From positions 45,138,001 to 45,202,000 of the forward strand of contig NC_045697.1 in the NCBI RefSeq assembly GCF_009834535.1: DNA of 64,000 bases, read 5' to 3'. Each line of letters opens with the position of its first letter. The first letter of the stretch is position 1. The translations under genes and the position numbers were made by a program. The DNA comes from Camelus ferus (lineage: Eukaryota). Below are positions 53,765-64,000 of the stretch, piece by piece. The notes beneath the pieces were generated by a model. The model searched no databases. It saw nothing but the letters and a program-made list of their open reading frames with translations, and was not told the origin of the DNA.

Positions 53765-54102
53765 ATTTTATTTTATTAAAATTTTGTTTTATTTTTATCG
53801 TGGTAAAATTGACATTTAACATTATGTTAGTTTTAGGTATACAACATGATGATTCAATACTTGTGTATACTGCAAAATGATCACCACAGTAAGTCTAGTT
53901 AACATCTGTCACCTTACATAGTTACAAATCTTTTTCTTGTGATAATTTTTAAGATCTACTCTCTTAGCAACTTTGAAATATACAACACAGTATCGTTAAC
54001 CATAGGCGCCATGCTGTATATGACATCCCTTGGACTTACTTTATAACTGGAAGTTTCTACCTTTTGACCCTCCTCACCCATTCTGCCCACTCCCTACCCC
54101 CA
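53765..54102 (-). mobile_element. L1MA-type 3' end
   Basis: aaatgatcaccacagtaagtctagttaacatc...taagatctactctcttagcaactttgaaatatacaacacag. Confidence 0.8.
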
Positions 54103-54988
54103 GCAAGGGATTTAAATAGCCCTCAATTTGGCCTTAACTGCTTCGGATTCCAAAGAAAGAGGCATTTTCTTTGAGTGACAGGCAGATTACTAAATAGATA
54201 GCATCTTCTAAACTGATAACCTTAATGCTGTGTGGAAGATAGGTTCTTTGAAGGCTCATTTTTTTAAACACTTAGGTATTTCATTAGTGATTTTAGGGTG
54301 GTCTGTGAAGACAGAGAAGAAAAAAGGTCATCTAATAGACCAGTTTAAAGAACTCAGAGGAATATACACCAGACAAGTAGAGGAAAGGAAAGAAGGCTGT
54401 GTGTGCTTTCTTTGCCTTGACTATGTGAGAATTAATCATTTCCAGATGTGTTTATAATTTTCCTTGGCTTAAGTATGCTGTTCATTTAAAGTTTTGAAAT
54501 ACGCTCTGGTAAACCAAATTACTTCTGTTAAAAAAAAAAAAAGATGGTTCTTATACTTTTAGGTCAGATACCATTTATTTTTCAGATAATTAATCTCAGA
54601 AAATGAGATTGTGGTGCCTTTTGAAAAGGAGCTGATTAGTCAGTGAAGCATGAACATAGGGCTTTCGATATCTGTAAATTCATTGGGACTGTCCTTTGGA
54701 GCTATTAACTTAGGGACCACGTTAGCATTGAATTAGCCTGTGTGCCTTTCTCTGATACGGATATCATAACTTACCTAGAAGGCAGTAATGGTGTATTTCT
54801 GTCAGGTAGCCGTCTGTGCCCTTAGACTGATGAGATTGGGAATGACACGTGAAGAAATCATGAAGGTGACCCTTAAAAAAAAGTATTAGGAAAAGGATGC
54901 TCTGACTTGAGATCAATGCATTTTAATCTAACAAAAGAAAACCAGTACATTTTTGTGCCAGCCCAGAGAACATTAGTTATATGTGGTT

Positions 54989-55404
54989 CTCTTTTTTTTT
55001 TTTTATTTTGTTTTTATTGAAGTGTAGTTGATTTACAGTGTTGTGTTAGTTTCTGGTGTACAGCACAGTGATTCAGTTACACACATATATATATATATTC
55101 TTTTTCATATTCTTTTCATTACAAACTGTTCAATATAATTCCCTGTGCTATACATTAGGACCTTGTTTATCTATTTTATATATAGTAATTTGTGTCTGCT
55201 AATCCCAAATTCCTAATTTAACCCTCCCCCACCCTTCCCCCTTTAGTAACCATAATTTTGTTTTCTATGTCTGTAAGTCTGTTTGTGTTTTGTAAATAAG
55301 TTCATTCATGTCATTCTTTTAGATTCCACATATAAGTGATAGCATATGATATTTGTCTTTCTCTGTCTGGCTTACTTCACTTAGTATGATCATCTCTACG
55401 TCCA
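54989..55404 (-). mobile_element. 5'-truncated L1 with TSD
   Basis: Same L1 3' end as the 6360 copy. TATATGTGGTT at 54978-54988 and 55405-55415. Confidence 0.9.
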
Positions 55405-55731
55405 TATATGTGGTTATTATAGTGGATTTCCTCAGTTGCTCATCTAAAATGTCGTGGTAGTGTTTTCATGACCCAACTTTTATTGTACTCTCAAGAGCAG
55501 CTCGAGAAAAGAACATTTTGTTCTTAGAGATCTGAAAAGACACCGTATGTGTATGTGTCTCTTTTAAACCGTTAGCTCACTTAGAGGTAAGCTGAATCCT
55601 GTAACTCCCTCATTTTACCTGGTGGTTCTCCACCATCAAGGTAAAATCATTTAAGTCCAGGGCCTGAGCTCGCACAGTGGTGAGAACATTCAAGTAGAGC
55701 GAGGAGGTAATCCTTTTCTACTCCCTGGCAG

Positions 55732-55944
55732 ACATATAGGAAGAATGTCCAGCAGATGCTCCAGTGTCTAATCCGCAAGCTCGCTGCGCTCAGCCAGTAC
55801 GAGGAGGTCCTGGCGAAGATCAGCTCCACGTCGACAGATCGGCTCACCGTTCTCAAGACCAAGCCCCAGTCCATACAGAGGGACATCATTACGGTCTGCA
55901 GTGACCCTTACACGCTGGCCCAGCAGCTGACTCACATAGAGCTG
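55732..55944 (+). CDS. RASGEF1B: RASGEF1B exon 5 (213 nt)
   Basis: ctggcag|ACA TAT AGG; TYRKNVQQMLQCLIRK...LAQQLTHIEL; donor CTG|gtgagg. Confidence 0.96.
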
Positions 55945-56353
55945 GTGAGGCCTTGTCATCCTTGTCCTTTATAACCCAGGCTCGGTTTGCTTTGGCAACC
56001 AGACATGTGTTCGTCAGCAGTCATGTCAGGGGAGAGGTTAGAATAACCCAGATGGGAAATAATCTATTTCAAATAGCTGGAATGTTTTGTTTATAGACAT
56101 TTGAATATGAGTTTTTCTGATATTCTGGGAATTCACTTTAAAATAAATACTAAGCAAGTCTGAGGAGCAGCATTTCTTGACCTTCCTCGTCTTCCCCCTC
56201 TAATTAATTTTTCCACAACTCACTCAGCCTTTTACTGTCTAGTGTAACATTGACTCAAGCAGAAAACTGCCCCTGCTCAGACCTTGAAGATGATGACAAT
56301 ATTGAGGATTAAAGGCTCATTTTACAAGCTGCATAAAAAAATGAGGGTAGTTT

Positions 56354-56452
56354 GGGGGGGGTGGTATAGCTCAGTAGTAGAGTACATGCTTAGCATGCAT
56401 GGGTTCAATCCCCAGTACTTCCAGTAAAACAAAACAAAACAAAACAAAAAAT
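56354..56452 (+). mobile_element. Vic-1-type SINE (short internal deletion)
   Basis: ggtatagctcagtagtagagtacatgcttagcatgcatgggttcaatcccc followed by (AAAAC)n. TSD AATGA(G/A)GGTAGT on both sides. Confidence 0.85.
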
Positions 56453-56546
56453 AATGAAGGTAGTGTCAAAGGTCAATAGACAGAAAGGAAAGCCCATTTC
56501 TTCTCGTTGTCTTTAATATTGTTGACCTGCTGTGTTTGTGTTTCAG

Positions 56547-56621
56547 GAGAGGCTCAATTATATTGGCCCAGAAGAATTTGTTCAGGCATTTGTGCAGAAG
56601 GACCCTTTGGACAATGACAAG
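56547..56621 (+). CDS. RASGEF1B: RASGEF1B exon 6 (75 nt)
   Basis: tttcag|GAG AGG; ERLNYIGPEEFVQAFVQKDPLDNDK; donor AAG|gtaatt. Confidence 0.96.
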
Positions 56622-56740
56622 GTAATTGGTCAGGGCTGAAGTTGGAAATGGAATTCTTTAGTCTATGGTTGTGGTATAATAGGCAGAAATTGGGACAATT
56701 TTGTTTCAGTTTTTAAAATCAGAAAGTTTTTTTGAGGGCT

Positions 56741-56866
56741 GGGGGAGGATATAGCTCAGTGATAGAACCCATGCTCAGGTTGCACGAGGTCCTAGGTTCA
56801 ATCCCCAGAACCTCAGATTAATCAGTCAATCTAACTACCCCCCTCCCCCGCAAAAAAGCAAAAACA
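56741..56866 (+). mobile_element. Vic-1-type SINE
   Basis: gggggaggatatagctcagtgatagaacccatgc...gaggtcctaggttcaatcccc; flanked by AAAGTTTTTTT on both sides. Confidence 0.85.
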
Positions 56867-58154
56867 AAGTTTTTTTTTCATTAGCCATGTCTGATTCATT
56901 GCCTTTTCTGAGCCTGATCTCCAAGTGCCTTGAAAGTATTCTTACCCTATCACCCACTCTTAGCCTCTTCTACCTCCTTATTGGGAAATTTAATAAGCAA
57001 GTAGATGCAGGCATTTGTGGTGATGAAGGTAGGAGATAAAAGCATAATGGTTTTAGCAGATTAAGTCAGGAATAAATACGAGAGGATGCTCTGCTCGTGA
57101 GTCAGCCGCAGCAGGGCAGTGAAGACCGGACGCACACCCGGCCAAGGAAGGGTCTTTCCTGCTTTGCCTCCCGTCCTGACGTGAAAGCCTCATGGCAGGT
57201 CGTTGCCTGAGTGAAGCCCGTATGTAGAGGAACTAACTCTAGGCGTGGACTGTGAAATCAGTGTACGCACATAAGAAGTTTTTCCCCCAGTGATCTCCAG
57301 AAGCATTTCAAATTTTTAGGCAGAGACTGCATCACCCATTAATGAAAGCTCCCCTTTGGGAGTAGGAGCAACAGCTGTTTTCCGGCCTTAGAATAGGTTC
57401 CCTCAGCACAGGAAGCAAAGATTAGGTTTTGCAATAGAAGGCTAGTGGACTTTTTTGTTTGTTTCTTTTGGAAGGAAGGCAAGAGGGCTGTAATTAACCT
57501 GTTCAAGCTTGGCCTTGAACTCGGCGATGAGCTTCATTACTTTTTGTTTTTGAACATTGTGTCACTCACCCCACTAAAGACCAGGATGGTGTAGGCTTCC
57601 ATTTATCTACCTTGGAAGAGATTTCGTTTCTTGCTACACAATGTTCTAAAATTTTGTCCTAGACTTAATTTTAAGAGAAAATTTCCTAGTCAGTCCACTG
57701 CACTCTGAGTTTTTACTTGCAATTGTGCTGGTAGCAGTTGGTACTTACGTCCCATTAATTGGGCAGGCTTGTTTTAGAATGCAGCCCAAACACCCCCCAC
57801 CCTTAGTTTTTTTTTGTTTGTTTGTTTTTTGTTTTTTTTTGAATTGTGCTTCTGAGGACAGTTCCCACCCAGAGTAACTTCGTTTCCTGGGACAGAAGAG
57901 CATTGTCATGGATGCAGCAGAATCTGTTTCTAGACCCAGGGGTTTCACTGGGCTATACTGAGAGGTTTGCATATTTCTGTAAGGAGAGTCAAGAATGTTA
58001 GTGGTTCTCTCTCTCTCCCCACCTACCCTCTTCTCATCCTAAAAAGCCTTCCTGATCGGTAAACTGAGAATAACGGCCCATATCTGTCAGAAATGAGAGC
58101 CTGATACACTCTTTTTTCCCTCCAACTCATCTGCTCACTGTACTTTCTCTACAG

Positions 58155-58250
58155 AGTTGCTACAGTGAACGGAAGAAAACACGTAACTTAGAGGCTTACG
58201 TGGAATGGTTTAATCGCCTCAGCTACTTGGTTGCTACAGAAATTTGCATG
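58155..58250 (+). CDS. RASGEF1B: RASGEF1B exon 7 (96 nt, CDC25 GEF domain)
   Basis: ctacag|AGT TGC; SCYSERKKTRNLEAYVEWFNRLSYLVATEICM; donor ATG|gtgaga. Confidence 0.97.
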
Positions 58251-58365
58251 GTGAGAAAATGAATATTTTTCCTCTTCTAGCTCTCTCTGTATTATTTTTT
58301 TCATGCTTTAACATGTTGGGCCTACATGTTAGATCGCTGACCTCTTTTTTTCTTTTTCTACGCAG

Positions 58366-58468
58366 CCTGTTAAGAAGAAGCACCGAGCAAGGATGATTGA
58401 GTATTTCATTGACGTGGCTCGGGAGTGTTTTAACATCGGCAACTTTAATTCCTTGATGGCAATAATCT
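58366..58468 (+). CDS. RASGEF1B: RASGEF1B exon 8 (103 nt)
   Basis: tacgcag|CCT GTT; PVKKKHRARMIEYFIDVARECFNIGNFNSLMAII plus 1 nt (CDC25 'NFNSL' motif); donor T|gtgagt. The preceding intron is only 115 nt. Confidence 0.97.
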
Positions 58469-59439
58469 GTGAGTGTTTTTCCGAAAGATCTGAGTTCTTT
58501 ATTTTTATAGGTCTTGTGAAATGTATCCATTGAAAATTTGCCAATAGTATGGTTTTGTTAATGAAAACTGTACTCTTCAATCCAGAATTGTTTCAGAACG
58601 TTCAGAATGCTTTAACTATCCAAATTGGTACAAGGACGTATAATCTTTTCTCAATGTATAAGAATTCATGGGATACATTTAGTCAGTTTATCCTCATCTG
58701 AATGTTTATCTGTAAAAGTTTCAAGTGAGATACTTGTCTAAATGGTGGGTTTCAGAAAGTGTTTGGGCAGCTTGTGTAATTAAGCATTATAGAAGCATCT
58801 GATCTGAGACTAAATTAAATGATTCCATCAGCAAGACAAGAGGGCGGCCGTAGAAACTGGAACATTTTCTGACTACCCATGTTCCTAGCAGTTACCCTCC
58901 ACAGACCTTTTTACCCTAGTATGTAAACTTTGCTCCTCTCTAGACCATGGGGATTTTAATGCCAGTGACCGTTCATTCTATAAACATAGGGCATGGGATG
59001 ACATTGCACCTTGGTTTTCCCTATTTAAACCTGTTGTCTTGCCACAATTACTGATAATGACTTGTTCATTTAAAAATATCCTAATTTATATGACAAATGA
59101 TATACAGCTATCCTACACATTATAGGTACCCAGTAAATACTGGAAGATTTACCTGATTCTTGAGAGTCAGGGCCAGTTTGAAGCCAGAGAATCCACCAAA
59201 TTTAATTCAATTATTTTGATCCTTATAAATTCCCCTCTGTCACCAATTCTTTTTTCCGTTTTTTAAAACTGTTATTTCCCCTTGGTCTCTCCCATAAAAA
59301 TACTGGCCAAGCTTCAGCTCTTCTGGCTTACTGCATGAAAATAGTGAACAGAAAGGTCATATAAACTAGGGACCTGGAGAGGTAGGTCCACAGTCTAGGT
59401 AATAGAAGATTACTTGATTTCTCTCTTATACTGTTAAGA

Positions 59440-59835
59440 AAATGTCAAGACAAGCCATCACAGGAGAGAGTACTAGTAGTACATCTAGCTGAAAAAGAAC
59501 GTGCTCAGAATCTATAAAGGCCCCTACAGAGCAGTAATAAATAGACAAATAACTCAATGAAAAAAAGGGCAAGATACTCAGACACTTCACAAAAGAAGAT
59601 TTCCTATGGATAGTAAGTAGATGAAAAGATGCACCACATCAGAGAAATACAAATCAAAATTAAGATCACAGTGAAATACCATTTCACCCTGGAGTGACTG
59701 AAATTAGGAAGACTGATGGAGCCAAACATGGGTGAGGAAGTAGGCCAAGTGGAACTCTCAGACCTGGGTGCGGGTATAAAATGGGACTGCTACTTTGGAA
59801 AATTGTTCAGCTGTTTTTTTTATAAAGTTAATTTC
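59440..59835 (+). mobile_element. Old L1M ORF2-end remnant
   Basis: agacacttcacaaaagaagat...atgaaaagatgc...agagaaatacaaatcaaaa...gtgaaataccatttcac...actttggaaaattgtt. Confidence 0.75.
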
Positions 59836-59936
59836 CTTATACTCAGTAATGAATACTTTTTCAGAATGTCCGTTAGAATGGCCTCTCTTATTTCTCTCTT
59901 TCCACTTGCTTGTTCTCCTCCGTTTCCAACTGGAAG

Positions 59937-60016
59937 CTGGCATGAACATGAGCCCAGTCTCTCGACTGAAAAAAACTTGGGCTAAAGTGAAGACGGCCAA
60001 GTTTGACGTCCTCGAG
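59937..60016 (+). CDS. RASGEF1B: RASGEF1B exon 9 (80 nt)
   Basis: ctggaag|CT GGC ATG; (S)GMNMSPVSRLKKTWAKVKTAKFDVLE (CDC25 'VSRLKKTW' motif); donor GAG|gtatgt. Confidence 0.95.
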
Positions 60017-60459
60017 GTATGTGAAGCTGGTGTTCTGCTGTCGAGTAACATTTTGCACCTGGAAGGTGGAATTCTTATGTGGTCTTGTCCCTTGATCAGA
60101 TGGTGCCACAGAGAAGAAGGCCCATCTCTCCTTACAGACCCAGGGAAAAGAAGGAGGCAGAATTGGAGGAAGGGAGAATGAGTCAGGTGGTCAACTCGCA
60201 CTTTCATAGAGAGGTGTCCACTTTGGGGTGAATTGACTAAAGAAATGGTCACCTGTCAATCACATGACATCACATGCCAGGATGGAATTTGGGTCCTGAA
60301 TTGGGGCCTGCTAGCTTCATTTGTTTACATTATTCCCTGGGAGGAGCTCCTCATCCCTATAGAAATATTCACTCACCATCCTTTCAACAAATTTAGCTAA
60401 CCTGTGAAAAAGCCCTGTGCATATAATTATGAGGGAATAAGAATTGTGCAGAAAGCGAA

Positions 60460-60619
60460 GAACTATACTGAATATCTTATAATAACCTATAATGAAAAAT
60501 AATAGGAAAAGGGGTATATATATGTATTCCTGAGTCATTATGCTGTACACCAGAAATTAACACAACATTGTAAACCAACTGCACTTCAATAAAGCAAAAA
60601 GAAAAACAAACAAATAAAA
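60460..60619 (+). mobile_element. L1 3' terminus fragment
   Basis: aatatcttataataacctataatgaaaaa...gctgtacaccagaaattaacacaacattgtaaaccaactgcacttcaataaa followed by an A-rich tail. Confidence 0.85.
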
Positions 60620-61275
60620 TGGAACCAAAGGATATGAAATGGAGATTCTTCAAAAAAAAATTGTGCATAAAGGCATTTGTGTTTGAACATATATGTCAAG
60701 ACGTTCATGTTATGTGTTGGTGCTTTGAATCTACTATCTTTGGAGATAAAATTAAGAAAGTGTTCTTTCCTAAGCTTTCCTCTAAATTGGGAATTGTCAT
60801 TGGATATATTACATTCTGCTTTATTGATATTTTCTAATACATTTCTTTTCCTTTTTGGAAGATAGTATGCTTTAATTATTGGTGAATGATTTGTTACCAA
60901 ATGCAGAGAACAAGTCCACTACAAAGTGTTGGATCACCATACAGTGACTAACCTTCAACTGACCCATTAACCTTCAGATGAAACCAGGAAATGGTTTCTT
61001 ATGCTGGTTTTTGACTCTTTGTTATCCATTTTAAGTCTAATCTCAACAGTTAACCTGGAAAGAATTTGGCCTAGATTTAACATTATCAAAGCTGACATCA
61101 GCTTATATAAATAAACCAAACCTCATGAAAGAAAACATTTGTGTTCTAATGTGTTTCATGCCTATGTGTGTGTGGGGGGAATAAATCCTGTTCCTAATGA
61201 GTTCTCCAACTTAGTTTGAATTTTTGCTGCAGATGAGAAGTGCCTGGTTAATACTGCCCTCTCCTTTGTCCGCAG

Positions 61276-61371
61276 CATCAGATGGACCCTTCCAGCAATT
61301 TTTACAATTACCGAACGGCTCTTCGTGGGGCGGCACAAAGGTCTTTAACTGCTCACAGCAGCAGAGAGAAG
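61276..61371 (+). CDS. RASGEF1B: RASGEF1B exon 10 (96 nt)
   Basis: ccgcag|CAT CAG; HQMDPSSNFYNYRTALRGAAQRSLTAHSSREK; donor AAG|gtatgt. Confidence 0.97.
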
Positions 61372-62252
61372 GTATGTGTTTAAAGGGGTTTTGTTCATGG
61401 TGGAGTTACCGTGTGCTGCACTGAATTGCAACTTGAACTGCTTCTCTGAGATGCTTTTACCTGTTTAGGTCTAAGAAAGAAAGTTGGCCTACTGTAGACA
61501 TTTTTATCACTTGCCACAGAGGGAAGGGAGAGCACTGAAGGAAAGGTAGACTGAGGAAAGGGAAAGGGAACTTGGTGGAGAGCTTTGCAAATGTTATTAT
61601 TGCATTGTTTAAATGATTGTTTTGTAATGTGTCATAGCTGTGTTTCAAGCAGTGAATTAAGTCATACGTTAAGATGACTAATAGCATCAGAGAGTAATTT
61701 GATTTAACGGAAAACAGACATTTGAGCTCTGCACAAGGTAGCTGACTTAATGTAACCTTTTCTCTTAAAAGAATCAGCTTACCTCCCAAGGTTAAGTCAT
61801 TTATTTTCAGAAAGTAGGTTACTTGCTGCGGCATTAGGCCTGCTGTTGCTAATTGGCTATGTGGGAGGCAGAAAAGGCACAGGGATAATGTCTGAGAAAT
61901 GAATGATCCTTACTCTGCCTGCCCTGCCCTTAAACAATTTAACGCTGTCCGCTGTCCCGGATCTCCCATCCTCCTGACTTGGAGGAGCCTCTCCTGGCAC
62001 ATTTCAGGGTCACATTTCCATACATGGGAAGGATAAGTCACCTTAACATTTGGAGAGCATGTTATTTGAGAAGTAAATACCTGGTTACAGTAAGTGGGCT
62101 GATGAAAGCTATTCTCTGCTTAGATTCTATTCATCTTTTAATTTTAATTTTATCTTCAACAAATAAAAGAAAATGAGGGTAAAAAAATGCAGGATGTCTC
62201 ACTCACTTTCCCTCAGGAGCTTCAGCCTCTTATGATTTAAAAGAAAAACAGT

Positions 62253-62432
62253 GGGAGAGGGTATAGCTCAAGTGGCAGAGCACATGCTTAGTTAGCATGC
62301 TCACAGTCCTGGGTTCATCGCCAGTACTGCCTCTAAAACTAAATAAATGAACAAACAAACCTAATTACCCCCCCCCCGAAAAAAAACCCTAAAAGATAGA
62401 TAAATTAATTAAAATAAAATACAAAAAAAAAG
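62253..62432 (+). mobile_element. Vic-1-type SINE
   Basis: gggagagggtatagctcaagtggcagagcacatgcttag...gtcctgggttcatcgccagtactgcc followed by tail. Confidence 0.85.
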
Positions 62433-63905
62433 AAAACTAGGTGGCACAACTGGAAATCCACTTGGCAAAAATAATAATGATAATAATTTTTTAAAAAAGA
62501 AAAAAAAGCCCTAAATTTAAGAAACCCCACTTTTTAAACATAGTAAATTGCTTCTCAAGAAAATCCAAGCTATCAGTTATGATCATGTTGGAGAGCTACT
62601 GTAAATACATTAATTTTTCTTTTAAATAAAGAAACAAGGTCGGAAATGGGACGCAGCAGAGGTAACTACCTCGACTTAGCTTGAGGGAGTTTACCAGCTT
62701 TTAAATTGTACTTGCCTGCATCCCAGTCCTCCTGTGACTAGATTGAGAAAAGTCTAATCAGGAGTTTTTTAAGCTTTGGAAAATGAGGGTATGCATGGGA
62801 GGGCCCCAGCACCCTGAAGTGTGGCGATCCGTCGGAGGCGGTCCGCACCCTGCCCTCCACTCTCCGGGTGGGCTGCCGGCCTCTCCCTGCAGGACCCCGG
62901 TGAGTGAGTGAGGTGGGCTCTGCCTTAGCAGGGAGGCTCCAGAACATCTCTCTTCGTCAGGAGCCGTCAGGAGCCGCAGCACTGGCCAAAGTAATTCTGA
63001 AATCCAGCCCTCCCCCAAAAGATCTCACTGGATGTTGTACTTGTGGGACTCTGACAGCTTTTTCCACAAAAAAAAGTACTTATCCTTTCCATCATTTAAT
63101 AGATTCTGTCTGCTTTCATTTTGTTGTTGTTCTGTGTGAGCATTTGGATTGTATTCTCTAGTTCATAAAACAAATGATATGACCACCAGTTTAAAAGAAA
63201 AATATACCATTTCTTTTTCACAGTTGGTCTCAAAGGCTATGAATGAGAATGTTTTGGAATAAGCTCTATCTTTCATTCAAGAGAATTGGGATTCTTTTTT
63301 TCTTTTTTGAAGTGAGGATAAACTCTATTCCTAAGTAATTTCCTGTTTTAAAATCTTCCTGGCAACATGACTGGAGAAATAGAATCTTTAATAGTCTTTG
63401 AATTATGTTTCTGTAGCCAAAATGGCACCTCTCTGGGTACCATATCATAGAACAAATCACACCTGTCTTTCACATAGGGGCCATTAAATAACCTTTACAT
63501 AGCTGTTTTTGATATGAGTACTCATGGTTTTAAATCCTTTTTATCATTTGATTTGTGATCGTGGGAACTTGTCCCTGCTCATCAACATTCATTTCTAGGT
63601 GTGGAACTGAGAGTGCCTTTAAGGTAGAGTTGCCAAGTTTCTGAATTAAGAATATTGTGAAAGAGAAACATTGCTCCTTGACAAGTTCTGTCACTAAAGA
63701 CTACATTGAAAGACCTCTTAGAAACCAAACTTTTGCTCCTGTTAGTAGCCTAAACATTCACCTTACCTCATGGGAATCCAAAGTCCTTACAGTCTCCTGA
63801 TTTTTACTATGGCAGATGTGTGTAGGGGCTTCAGAGTAAATGGGAAGTTGAAGCCCATGAGACTTTTGTCTGGCATGTGGGCATAAGGAAGCGATCAGGA
63901 TCATC

Positions 63906-64000
63906 TTTTCTTTTTTTAATTTAATGCTGGTACTGGGGAGTGAATCCAGGACCTCGTGCATGTTAAGCACACCCTCTACCACTGAGCTATGCCCTCCCTC
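63906..64000 (-). mobile_element. Vic-1-type SINE (reverse)
   Basis: ggtactggggagtgaatccaggacctcgtgcatgttaagcacaccctctaccactgagctatgccctccc is the reverse complement of the Vic-1 head. Confidence 0.85.

Larger units (their letters stand above)
35970..64000 (+). other. RASGEF1B: RASGEF1B gene span (exons 1-10; 3' part beyond window)
   Basis: Nine GT-AG-bounded exons splice into one open frame MPQTPPFSAMFDSSGYNRNLYQSAEDSC...TAHSSREK (367 aa) matching the recalled RASGEF1B protein. The next expected exon (IVIPFFSLLIKD...) was not found before 64000. TSS is approximate. Confidence 0.95.

Noticed and set aside
55697..55712. GCGAGGAGGT duplicate of the exon 4 end just upstream of exon 5, with GAG|gtaatc donor
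   Set aside because: A 10-nt match can occur by chance, and the implied downstream intron (~25 nt) is too short to splice.
36122..55731. Inverted repeats flanking exons 2-4 that would drive circularisation
   Set aside because: I found a Vic-1 and L1 pieces in intron 4 but no inverted partner in intron 1 by eye. A self-alignment (einverted or BLASTN of intron 1 versus intron 4) would be needed.

Overview
Mammalian genomic DNA, very probably a camelid: five tRNA-derived Vic-1-type SINEs and cetartiodactyl-type L1 3' ends are present. The first ~35.6 kb is repeat-rich upstream sequence with no supportable coding gene (L1 fragments with target-site duplications, ERVL/MaLR LTRs, an ERV1-type solo LTR, MIR, L2, MER DNA transposons). 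A CpG-island promoter lies at ~35.7-36.5 kb. It is followed on the + strand by RASGEF1B: non-coding exon 1 and coding exons 2-10 (367 codons, REM domain plus the first part of the CDC25-type RasGEF domain). The remaining exons lie beyond the window end. I see no prokaryotic-type or wholly new system. The most interesting signal is that exons 2-4 total 444 nt, the exon set of the known circular RNA circRasGEF1B, and back-splicing them gives a stop-free, in-frame 'infinite' ORF. Other leads are an open in-frame N-terminal extension, loss of a NAGNAG acceptor, cryptic exon-9 acceptors that create junction stop codons, candidate enhancers, and a twin-primed L1. Repeat family names and human-orthologue comparisons are from memory and were not computed.
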